From contig JAEOTS010000115.1 in assembly GCA_016839745.1 (NCBI GenBank), positions 1 through 22,028 of the forward strand: a stretch of DNA of 22,028 nt, in the 5' to 3' direction. The notes beneath the pieces are model-generated. The model saw nothing but the letters and a program-made list of their open reading frames with translations, was not told where the DNA came from and ran no database searches. Of this stretch, positions 9,282 to 17,877 are shown in pieces. The DNA is from Promethearchaeota archaeon (GTDB lineage: Archaea; Asgardarchaeota; Lokiarchaeia; Sigyniarchaeales; SOKP01). Position numbers and translations under genes: made by a program. Position 1 is the first letter of the stretch. Each line of letters begins with the position of its first letter.

Positions 9282-10364
9282 TTAAGCTAATAAGAATATT
9301 GATATAAAGAATAAAATTGTTGATAATACAAAATTATAAGTTAAATTATCGTCAACATCTAGATCTAAAAAATCTAAAATTCCTATAATCACGGTTCCAA
9401 TTAAAGGAAGTAGAATTAAGGCCAAGAGATTAATTGTATATAATTGATTTAAAAATAATAGTGTGATCACTCCGGATAAATATGCTACACTCATTCCTGC
9501 AAATAAACCTTCATATGTTTTTTTTGTTCTACGAATTTTGTTGCTACCAAATTTTCGCCCTATCAAATTAGCTGCCATATCCCCAAAAATCGACATGGTC
9601 ATTGATGTGCATATAACAAAGGGTCCTATAGGCTGAAAAGGACCATACAATAGAATAATTGAAAAACAACCAATTCCCATTGAGATATGCGGCCCTAATC
9701 TCATATGACGTTCTTTTTTCCTAAGAATTCGATTAACTGGTTTTAAAGGATAAAGTTTTGGTTTTAAAATTCTAACAAAGTCAGCTGTCAGTAAACCAAT
9801 TAAGGATACTCCAACCAAAAAAACTACTAAATATTGGGTAAAAATCATTTTGTTAGTTTCGATGTTATAGATGGAAAAGAAAAAATCTGAAATTATACTC
9901 GGAAAAAAATCTAATATGTAGACAAAAATGTTTTGAACTAGAAAACCAAGCGTGAAATAGAAGAAGGCAATCCCTAAGACAACTAAGTGCGTTATTTTTC
10001 TATAGAGTTCGTATTTAAATGGGAGTTCCTCAGTTAAGTATGAAGTATCTTCTTCTATTGTTTTTTCTAATAATTTATATCTCTGTTTTTCCCTATAAAC
10101 TGAAAAAGAAAAATGAGGTAGGAAAAAAACGATAAAAATTATCATAAATATATCAAATGGGAAAACGATAAAACCAATATCAGAAATGTTTAGGGCGTTT
10201 ATAGTTATGTTAATTGAAATGCTAGTTATGAGTATTAGTGAATTTACTATATTATTAATAAAAGCTCCTTTTTCGTTTTTCTTTTTCGCTAATAATGCTA
10301 TATAGAGCGAGATTATTCCATATAAATACAAAATACACGTAATGATAATTGATAATAGATTCAA
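9282..10364 (-). CDS. CTP-dependent polyprenol/diacylglycerol kinase family membrane protein (dolichol/phytol kinase, Dgk1-like)
   Basis: ELYRKITH, GD.AA.LIGRKFG, KKTYEG and DDNL motifs; many TM helices; TTG start. Confidence 0.8.
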   Translation of the reverse strand: MNLLSIIITCILYLYGIISLYIALLAKKKNEKGAFINNIVNSLILITSISINITINALNISDIGFIVFPFDIFMIIFIVFFLPHFSFSVYREKQRYKLLEKTIEEDTSYLTEELPFKYELYRKITHLVVLGIAFFYFTLGFLVQNIFVYILDFFPSIISDFFFSIYNIETNKMIFTQYLVVFLVGVSLIGLLTADFVRILKPKLYPLKPVNRILRKKERHMRLGPHISMGIGCFSIILLYGPFQPIGPFVICTSMTMSIFGDMAANLIGRKFGSNKIRRTKKTYEGLFAGMSVAYLSGVITLLFLNQLYTINLLALILLPLIGTVIIGILDFLDLDVDDNLTYNFVLSTILFFISIFLLA

Positions 10365-10455
10365 AAATCAACAATCTCTTTAAGTTTCTTATAGATATTA
10401 TCTGTGAAATTTTAAAATCTTTATTAAAATTTAAAAAAAAAAGTAATTTAATTTT

Positions 10456-11856
10456 TTAAAAACGAGTTTCGTCGATTTTAGGCATATCAGGTGCTGATAA
10501 TGCTTTTTCAATTTCTTCGCGTGGCATCTCGTAATCTACTAAATTGCCCATCATGTGTTCTTTGTATGCTAATAAGTCGAAAAATCCGTGACCACTTAGG
10601 TTGAATACAATATTCTTCTTTTCTTTGTTTTCTTTAGCAGCTAAAGCTTGGTCAATTGCTTCTTTTATAGCGTGAGCTGCTTCAGGTGCTGGTAATATAC
10701 CCTCTGTTTTAGCAAACATTAATCCTGAGGAAATAACTTCAGTTTGATGGTGCATAACAGACGACATTATCTTCTTGCCTGATAAAATTGAAATTATCGG
10801 CGCCATTCCATGATAACGTAAACCTCCTGCGTGAATTGGGCTAGGAATGAAATTATGTCCCAAAGTGTGCATTTTTAAAATTGGAGCTTTTTTCGCCGAA
10901 TCTCCGTAATCCCATCTATAATCTCCTTTACAAACGCTTGGACAGGCTCTGGGTTCCACGCCTACGATCTCTAAATCAGGAAGTATTCCGTGTAATTTAT
11001 CTCTTGCGAAGGGAATCATAAAGCCTCCTAGGTTAGAACCGCCACCCATACATCCAATTAAAACATCGGGTTTAACTTCAATTTTATTAAGTTGAGCTTT
11101 AACTTCTTGCCCGATTATGGTTTGATGTAACAAGACAAAATTTACAACGCTACCCAATGAATATCTTGCTTTATCACTCCTCATACTATGCTCTACGGCC
11201 TCAGATATAGCAATTCCTAGACTTCCTGGGTGATCTGGATCGCTTTCATAGTAAAGTTTTCCAGAATCCGTAAGGTTTGAGGGACTTGCGTGAACTTGCG
11301 CATCATAAGCTCTCATTAATATTTTTCTTCCGGGTTTTTGCAAAAAACTAGCTCGTACCATATAAACCGTGCATTTTATATCGAATAAATTGCACCCGTA
11401 AGACAAAGCTGAACCCCATTGACCAGCGCCAGTTTCAGTGATCAATTCATTTACTCCATCTCTTTTAGAATAATAGGCTTGAGCCAAAGCTGTATTTGGT
11501 TTGTGTGAACCCGTTGGAGAAACTGATTCATTTTTATAAAATATTTTAATGTCATCTCCTGGTATTCCAAGTTCTTTTTCTAAACTCAAAGCTCTATGAA
11601 GAGGAGTGGGTCGGTAGGATCCTGCATAAATCTCCCTTAATTCGTTCGGAATGGGGATTAATGGTTCTTGAGAAACCTCTTGAAGCACACACTCTTTAGG
11701 GAATATAGCAAAAGCAAGTTCTGGAGGTGCGGGTTTTCCATCCATGGGGTTTATTAAGGGCGTCATAGGAGCAGGTAAATCTGGCACGATGTTAACCCAC
11801 TCCTTTGGAATTTCGTTTGGTTCTAATAAAATTCTTGTTTTATTAAAATCTATCAT
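10456..11856 (-). CDS. trpB2: Tryptophan synthase beta chain, TrpB2 type (stand-alone, PLP-dependent)
   Basis: SP.GSHKPNTA (PLP Lys), TETGAGQWGSAL, PGSLGIAISEA, GGGSN, HAGGLRYHG, NLSGHG; long TrpB2-type N-terminus; SD-like AGAGGT upstream. Confidence 0.95.
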   Translation of the reverse strand: MIDFNKTRILLEPNEIPKEWVNIVPDLPAPMTPLINPMDGKPAPPELAFAIFPKECVLQEVSQEPLIPIPNELREIYAGSYRPTPLHRALSLEKELGIPGDDIKIFYKNESVSPTGSHKPNTALAQAYYSKRDGVNELITETGAGQWGSALSYGCNLFDIKCTVYMVRASFLQKPGRKILMRAYDAQVHASPSNLTDSGKLYYESDPDHPGSLGIAISEAVEHSMRSDKARYSLGSVVNFVLLHQTIIGQEVKAQLNKIEVKPDVLIGCMGGGSNLGGFMIPFARDKLHGILPDLEIVGVEPRACPSVCKGDYRWDYGDSAKKAPILKMHTLGHNFIPSPIHAGGLRYHGMAPIISILSGKKIMSSVMHHQTEVISSGLMFAKTEGILPAPEAAHAIKEAIDQALAAKENKEKKNIVFNLSGHGFFDLLAYKEHMMGNLVDYEMPREEIEKALSAPDMPKIDETRF

Positions 11857-12100
11857 TTCTTATACCTCTGTTATTTTATATCATCATCTAATTTATATGA
11901 TGTCTCATCTTAAGATTGGAGCCCAATTATAATAATGCCCAATTGCAAACGCAATTGAAATTTTAAAATTCGATGTTTAGAAATAAAAAGAGCACAAAGT
12001 ATGGTTTATCCAATGAAAAGCGTTTTCAGGAACGCCAAGGCCACTGCCAACAAGAAAGATTAATTTTAGTAACCATAGAAATAAACCATGCTTTTATATA
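11857..12100 (-). promoter_or_regulatory. Putative structured trpB2 5' leader (attenuator-like)
   Basis: Leader ORF, alternative hairpins at 12020-12035 and 12014-12028, long-range helix 12081-12089 with 12001-12009, U-tract at 11979-11990, hairpin at 11940-11957. Confidence 0.6.
12026..12076 (-). CDS. Putative Trp-rich leader peptide MVTKINLSCWQWPWRS upstream of trpB2
   Basis: Minus strand ATG GTT ACT AAA ATT AAT CTT TCT TGT TGG CAG TGG CCT TGG CGT TCC TGA: three TGG codons within five, ending 169 nt before the trpB2 ATG on the same strand. Confidence 0.75.
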   Translation of the reverse strand: MVTKINLSCWQWPWRS

Positions 12101-12122
12101 GTGACATTATTAGTATCAAACA

Positions 12123-12130
12123 CTTATAAA
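12123..12130 (-). promoter_or_regulatory. Candidate TATA box for the trpB2 leader transcript
   Basis: Minus strand TTTATAAG, which would place transcription start near 12100, just upstream of the leader ORFs. The region is AT-rich, so this is uncertain. Confidence 0.35.
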
Positions 12131-12158
12131 GTTAATCCTCTAGATTGAAGGATGTCAG

Positions 12159-12563
12159 TTATTTTCTTTCAAATATGCTTGCTAAATTTTTAGCAGCAAC
12201 TCTCATAACTTTAACGGTCTTCATTAGAGTATCAATCAGTGTTCCCGCACAAACAATAACTAGACGCCCTGCGTTGCTTACGATAATGTAGCCATTCTCA
12301 GCCCTCACAATTATTTCACTTAAGTCTTCTTGAAAAAGAGTTTTAATTGTGGAGCTTCCCGTCATTAAAAGAGCACTCGCAAGACCACAAAACTGATCCC
12401 CATCAACTTGGTATTGAGGTAGCGCTGAAAAAGCGATTTGATAGCCTTCCATGCTCACAAGGGCAATAGCTTCTATATCCGCATTTGAAGTAATAAATGT
12501 AATTTGAGGGCTAATTTTTTCAATTTCTTCGGGGCCAATACCTAGATCCGTTCCGAATTCCAA
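12159..12563 (-). CDS. Roadblock/LC7 (MglB/LAMTOR-like) domain protein
   Basis: IEAIALVS.EG..IA, ...LASALL..G, L.EIIVRAENGYIIV pattern; TTG start with SD AGGTGA 7 nt upstream. Confidence 0.88.
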   Translation of the reverse strand: MEFGTDLGIGPEEIEKISPQITFITSNADIEAIALVSMEGYQIAFSALPQYQVDGDQFCGLASALLMTGSSTIKTLFQEDLSEIIVRAENGYIIVSNAGRLVIVCAGTLIDTLMKTVKVMRVAAKNLASIFERK

Positions 12564-12780
12564 TACAAAATCACCTTCTACAGCAAGTTAGTTAATTTGA
12601 AATTTGAGATTTTACTTTTCTTAAATATTATTAATATAATATTGGTACTTTTTATTTCTTTATTTTTTTATCTCCCTAATTTTTAATTAAAAATATGGAA
12701 AATTGACATCAGTTGCTCGCTTAAAAATTTCTATTGCTTAAAGTTAAAATAGATCATTATTATTCTTTATAAAAATAGAT

Positions 12781-15105
12781 TTGAAAAATAACAAAATTAT
12801 GATAACAACTCGAGAATCTATTAATTATCAATTTTCATTAATTTTTGGTTACTCAAGTCCTACAGATTTAATAGTAGGCGATGTAGTTGGTCCAGGTAAA
12901 TTAACTAAAGAGAAGGTAAACGAGTTATCACAAGAGGTCATTAAATATCTTCGAATGTACAATGCAATCTTACGAGATTTCGCGGGTTCTGAAGTTTTCG
13001 CTATCGAGTTTGAATTGTATAATTTCGACGAAAAAGACGCTAGGATTAATATTTATCCTAAATCCATGTTATTAATACCCGGTAGATTTAAAGATTGTGA
13101 GAGCCTATTACTTGCTTTAAAACCGGAAACTGGCTATATAGATCCTCATAAATCGAGAGAATCAATAAATAACATCAGCAGGTTGTTTTATGAGATAGAA
13201 GAGTTTACAAATCATCCCGAATTAGAAAATAATAAGAAAATTCAAGTTTTTGAAAAATTTGCAACTCGTTTTAGCAAAAAACTTTATGGAGATTTGATTG
13301 AGGATAAATGGAATAAAAAATTAATTGGTCTCAGTGTTTCTTTACCAACTGAGAAAGAACTGCTATCTACTTATGCTTCAATAAGATCTGATGTTAAATT
13401 TCTTTGGAATAAAAGACCAATTGAAATAGTTTTTTCAAATCATAAATTTGAGCGTTTAAAATCGCCATATTCAGGGAAATCGAGTGTTGATCATTTGAAA
13501 TATGCAATTTCAGAGCCTAGCGCAAATTTTATTGTGGAAAAAACATTAACTCTTGGAACAAATCTCCTAAAATTAGCAAATACTGGTACAATAGACGAAA
13601 TTCAAGAGGAAATCATTTCCTACTTCATAACTAAACTCAAAGAAAAATTAGTACTGATTAATGAAGTCTACTCCGGTGAGCAGCTAATCTCAAAAATAGA
13701 GCTTATACTGAAAGAATTAAGTAATGAAGTGGATAAATTTTTAAGAAGCTCTAATGATTTTCTTACTACGGGTGAAATTGGCAACATTTCAGACCTATTA
13801 GACAAATTCTATAGATTTATTATGGATAATGTGGGAACAGATAGTGAATTTTTCTCAGATCTTTGTAAATTAGCAATGAAATCTATGAAATTGTCAATTA
13901 ATAAAGAAGAAAAATTGAGATCTGTTGAACTGAATTCTGTAGTAAATTACTTTGCAGAAATCATTAGATATAGCTTTAAATTTATTAGCAAATCCTTTCC
14001 CCGATATCTTTCAAATCGAAGGTTAAAAACGCTAACTTATGGTTTTATGAGAAGTCTACATAACAAATTTAACAACGAACAAAAACCCTCGAAAGTATTG
14101 GGGCAAAGTATATTGAATAAGTTTGAACAGCATTTAATATCCCAAATTGAAATAAATCCTGTTGTTTTGCTAAAAACGGGTAAATTTAACGAGGATTTAT
14201 TAAAAAGAGAGTTTAAAAAAATAGTTAATGAAAATATTAAATCGTTTTTTGGAAGTGTTAAATTGAACATTAGTGATTTAATTGCTTTCGCGGAAGTACA
14301 AATGGAAAAGAATCCAAAGGCAATAGAATCGCATATAAAGAAATTTGAACGTTATTCCGGTGAATTAAAATACTTATTAAGTTATATTTTAAGGTATTCT
14401 ACTATTAATCGGTTTTTAAAAGAAGAACCTGACTTAGAAATAAGAGATCCAGTTACTTTTACTAATAGATTTCACCGGTTCTTAGAAAAGAGAGTAGGCG
14501 GGATTAATTTAATCTGGAAATCTTATATTTTAGAATGGATCAAAGATTACGCGAAAAAGTTTTTTAATGTAGAAGAAAGAAGAGATTGGAAATTAGATGA
14601 GACATTATTTGAGTTCATTGATTATCTTGAAGAACGTGAATCAAAAGAGCAAGATCCAGATACTTTTTTTAGATTTTTAGATAAATATATCCAAAGAGTC
14701 ACAGATCAAATAGAAAAAGAGAATTTAATCGATTTCTATAAGCACTATGAATATTGTATTGACATTAAAACTGAATTCCCTAAATATGTTCAGAGTAAGG
14801 TTGAAAAAGAAATTAACTTGTTTGTTAATGATCAAGAAAAATTGATCCCTATAGAGTATTTAAACATCGGTGAAAAGGACACATTCAAGAATTTTATAAG
14901 AGAAAAGGAACTAAAATATTTTTCTAAATTAATAGCAAGACCTATATCCTTGATTTTAAAACATGATTTAACAACTGAAGAAAAGGAATTATTTAATGCT
15001 GATTTATTTCATGTTTTTGAATTTAAATATTGGCATAAAAATACTAAATATGATATTGCAGACAATTTTAAGGAAGTTTATAGAGAATGGTTAAAAAATA
15101 TATAA
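12781..15105 (+). CDS. Large hypothetical protein (774 aa; start possibly ATG at 12799)
   Basis: Long uninterrupted ORF; alpha/beta-looking termini and a helical middle; no family recognised. Confidence 0.85.
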   Translation: MKNNKIMITTRESINYQFSLIFGYSSPTDLIVGDVVGPGKLTKEKVNELSQEVIKYLRMYNAILRDFAGSEVFAIEFELYNFDEKDARINIYPKSMLLIPGRFKDCESLLLALKPETGYIDPHKSRESINNISRLFYEIEEFTNHPELENNKKIQVFEKFATRFSKKLYGDLIEDKWNKKLIGLSVSLPTEKELLSTYASIRSDVKFLWNKRPIEIVFSNHKFERLKSPYSGKSSVDHLKYAISEPSANFIVEKTLTLGTNLLKLANTGTIDEIQEEIISYFITKLKEKLVLINEVYSGEQLISKIELILKELSNEVDKFLRSSNDFLTTGEIGNISDLLDKFYRFIMDNVGTDSEFFSDLCKLAMKSMKLSINKEEKLRSVELNSVVNYFAEIIRYSFKFISKSFPRYLSNRRLKTLTYGFMRSLHNKFNNEQKPSKVLGQSILNKFEQHLISQIEINPVVLLKTGKFNEDLLKREFKKIVNENIKSFFGSVKLNISDLIAFAEVQMEKNPKAIESHIKKFERYSGELKYLLSYILRYSTINRFLKEEPDLEIRDPVTFTNRFHRFLEKRVGGINLIWKSYILEWIKDYAKKFFNVEERRDWKLDETLFEFIDYLEERESKEQDPDTFFRFLDKYIQRVTDQIEKENLIDFYKHYEYCIDIKTEFPKYVQSKVEKEINLFVNDQEKLIPIEYLNIGEKDTFKNFIREKELKYFSKLIARPISLILKHDLTTEEKELFNADLFHVFEFKYWHKNTKYDIADNFKEVYREWLKNI

Positions 15106-17498
15106 TACGTGGAGTAAAGAGGAGATCAACAGCAGTAGAGAGTACTTATAGGTTTTTTCAAACTATAGATTTACTCATATCCCATTTGAAGAGAAAAGCA
15201 GATAAAGAAAAAATTTTTGAATTGATTCGTAAAAATCCTAACTTGCAATCGCTTTTAATTGCAACAGCAGCAGTTCATATATATCATTACATGGGTATTA
15301 AGGTTCAAGAATCTTTAGATTTAAATAAATTGACAATTGATTCTACTCAATTATTAGAAATAACAGAAAAAAAGATTTTAATGGAGGAAGTTGGTTCTTT
15401 ATTAAAAAACTCGTTTGAATTAGAAAGAGGTCTTTTTGATGAAATAATTGATTTAGAAAATTTGTTTCTAAGACTTTTAATCGAAGAAAGGCTTGGTAAT
15501 CTTCAAGAAACTGATAAGGTAAAAAATATAGAAGATATTGAGGATCAAATTGAATTTGGATTGTTAAACATCATTTCTAAATTTCCATCCTTTTACTTTT
15601 ACGATTTTATTGGTGATTTGATAGGTCTTAATGATGATCTAAGAATGGAAATACTAGGGGAGGGTGCAGCACTTAAAGGTGTATCTGTCGAGATAGAGAA
15701 AAAATTGGAGCTTGAGGAAAAGGAAGATAAATTTATTGAAGTTTTTACTTTAAATCGATTAATTGAAAGAATGCAAAGTCAATTTGAATTCAAGTCTTAT
15801 AAGGAATTGCAAGTTCAAACTATGCCTATAAGGATGATAAAGAAGAAAATATTAAAGTACGAACTTAATAAATTTCCTATTTCTATTTCCGGATTAAATA
15901 GATACATTGAAGGAAACAATCTAAAACGGGAGACTATTAAATATATCAACAATGCACTTAATGAAAATCTTGACTACGAACAATTTGAGGCGAGGATCCT
16001 TTCAGATTTAAAAAATGAAATAACCAAGCAATTAAAGACAAATCCTAATGATTTTATTTATTTTCTTCAGAGTCTATACGAATCTAGCTTTGAAGATGTT
16101 ATTTTTTTGCTTAATAAAAGGGGAATTGAAGATACTTTACATCTAATTAATATTGATTATGAGTTAGCCGAAAATGTTAAGAAAAACATGATTAGATACA
16201 ATATTAATAAACAAGATTTAATAGTTCTGAATGATAATAAAAAAAATTTGATTAATCTAGCAAAAAAAGCGTTATGCAATCTAAAATTTCCATACCTTGA
16301 AAAATATATGACAAAAGTAGGAGATCTTACAGAATTTGATCTATTTAAAATTCTTCATAGAACAGATGTTGAATTTGACGAGTTATGGGATATTTTAGAA
16401 AAGAAAACTGGGTTTTCAATTAATAATTTGAGAGAATTCGTAAGGAAAAAGCAAATTATTGACAAAATATTTTTTCAAGATTTAAAATTAAGTAATTATT
16501 CACAGATAATTCTACTTATTAATTACGATGAGATTTTTAACAATTTAGTAACTGATTTGTTTTACAATATTTTAGCTAAAATCCTAAGGCAATTAAGTAG
16601 AATCATTGAATTATATGGTATTATTTCAAATGATAAAGCTATATTTTCGCCTGCCTTAAAGAGAGCAGATCAAACAAACGATGTAGAAGATTGGGGTCAA
16701 ATTAAATTAGAAGAATTAAGTATTAAGCGTTTAATGAAAAGACAAGAAGAATTGGTTGTTGTTTTTAATGCTATAAATCAAGTGTTTTTAGTAAATGGGT
16801 TTATTTTATCCCGTTTGACTAACAAATCTCTAAAGGAAAGTATTTTTGAATTAAAAAACAAAGAAAGCTATGTGTATAAAGATATAATGCCTTTAAGATT
16901 GAAAGCGGATTTAGTTTCTCCTGTATCATATTGTATTGCTTACGATCTAATCAAAAGATTTGAAAATTATGGAGATTTTGAAAAAACAAAAGTTACTAGT
17001 GCTCATGAAGCAAAACAGAGAAAAGAAGATGACAAAAAGAAAGAGGTTCGTAAAAAACAGCAAGAAAATCCATTTAATTGGATCGAACGTAAAATTACTT
17101 CCACTTTGATGGGAATTAATCGTCCTGGAATGAACCCTAATCAATTCTATTGGGAACAAAAGGACACAAAAATCGCAACTGAACAAATTAAAATTCATAG
17201 TGATTTGAACAATGACCCTTTTACTAATTTTTGTGAATTCTATTATTTTGCAGTAGAAAAAATTAAATCTCATGTTGAAAATATGAAATTACCTAATCAC
17301 GAAGAAATTAAATTTGAAGTTTCTAGTTTTATAAATGATGTATTATCTGAGAGATTAAATCATACACCAAATTCTCAAGAGATCAGAGATTTGCTTGAAG
17401 GCGAGAGATATAAAGTAGCAAAAAAAATTGCGGTAAAAATAGGAAGTTTATTAGATAAAGCACTTTATTTAAAATTCAAGCAGAAACCGAAGAAATAA
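15087..17498 (+). CDS. Large, mostly helical hypothetical protein (803 aa)
   Basis: Long ORF overlapping the previous gene by 19 nt; charged coiled-coil segment (EAKQRKEDDKKKEVRKKQQE); no family recognised. Confidence 0.85.
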   Translation: MVKKYIIRGVKRRSTAVESTYRFFQTIDLLISHLKRKADKEKIFELIRKNPNLQSLLIATAAVHIYHYMGIKVQESLDLNKLTIDSTQLLEITEKKILMEEVGSLLKNSFELERGLFDEIIDLENLFLRLLIEERLGNLQETDKVKNIEDIEDQIEFGLLNIISKFPSFYFYDFIGDLIGLNDDLRMEILGEGAALKGVSVEIEKKLELEEKEDKFIEVFTLNRLIERMQSQFEFKSYKELQVQTMPIRMIKKKILKYELNKFPISISGLNRYIEGNNLKRETIKYINNALNENLDYEQFEARILSDLKNEITKQLKTNPNDFIYFLQSLYESSFEDVIFLLNKRGIEDTLHLINIDYELAENVKKNMIRYNINKQDLIVLNDNKKNLINLAKKALCNLKFPYLEKYMTKVGDLTEFDLFKILHRTDVEFDELWDILEKKTGFSINNLREFVRKKQIIDKIFFQDLKLSNYSQIILLINYDEIFNNLVTDLFYNILAKILRQLSRIIELYGIISNDKAIFSPALKRADQTNDVEDWGQIKLEELSIKRLMKRQEELVVVFNAINQVFLVNGFILSRLTNKSLKESIFELKNKESYVYKDIMPLRLKADLVSPVSYCIAYDLIKRFENYGDFEKTKVTSAHEAKQRKEDDKKKEVRKKQQENPFNWIERKITSTLMGINRPGMNPNQFYWEQKDTKIATEQIKIHSDLNNDPFTNFCEFYYFAVEKIKSHVENMKLPNHEEIKFEVSSFINDVLSERLNHTPNSQEIRDLLEGERYKVAKKIAVKIGSLLDKALYLKFKQKPKK

Positions 17499-17600
17499 CT
17501 ACACACTCCATATTAAAATAACAAAAATATTAAAATTATTATAATTTAATTTATTTACATATTTTATTTTAAAATATTATTAAGCGCATATGAATAAATC

Positions 17601-17870
17601 ATGTCGGGGTTAAAAACAGGCTTAGGATACATAAAAGATTCGTTTTCTCAAATTCTAAAAGGATTTATTCTCTTTATACTCGCTACTTCTGGTTTAGGAT
17701 TTGCTGTTCTATTAAGGTATTTCGGTTATAATGGTAGTACAATTGCGTCTGTCGGAATAGCTCTGGAAGCTATTGGTTTGATTTTAAGTTACATGCTTCT
17801 CCGAAAATATTTTACGCTAAAAGAAGAAGAAAATGATAAAAAGCAAAAAGGGAAAGGAAAATTTAAATGA
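17601..17870 (+). CDS. Small membrane protein (2 TM helices, basic tail)
   Basis: Two hydrophobic segments and a Lys-rich C-terminus; ATG start after an AT-rich spacer. Confidence 0.7.
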   Translation: MSGLKTGLGYIKDSFSQILKGFILFILATSGLGFAVLLRYFGYNGSTIASVGIALEAIGLILSYMLLRKYFTLKEEENDKKQKGKGKFK

Positions 17871-17877
17871 ATTAAGC

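Noticed and set aside
10407-10432. AAATTTTAA...TTAAAATTT inverted repeat
   Set aside because: Pure A/T in a very AT-rich spacer; not distinguishable from chance.
11888-11908. Tiny minus-strand uORF MRHHIN in the trpB2 leader
   Set aside because: No logical link of His codons to TrpB2 and no SD; expected by chance.
11744-11932. 62-aa plus-strand ORF over the trpB2 start
   Set aside because: Antisense to trpB2 and its leader; no coding signal.
12026-12563. Functional link between the Roadblock gene (Ragulator-like amino-acid sensing) and the adjacent Trp leader
   Set aside because: Adjacency is the only support, and a candidate promoter lies between them.
12781-13500. GPGKLT and YSGKSS as possible Walker A motifs in the 774-aa protein
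   Set aside because: Neither fits [GA]xxxxGK[ST], and no Walker B context is evident.
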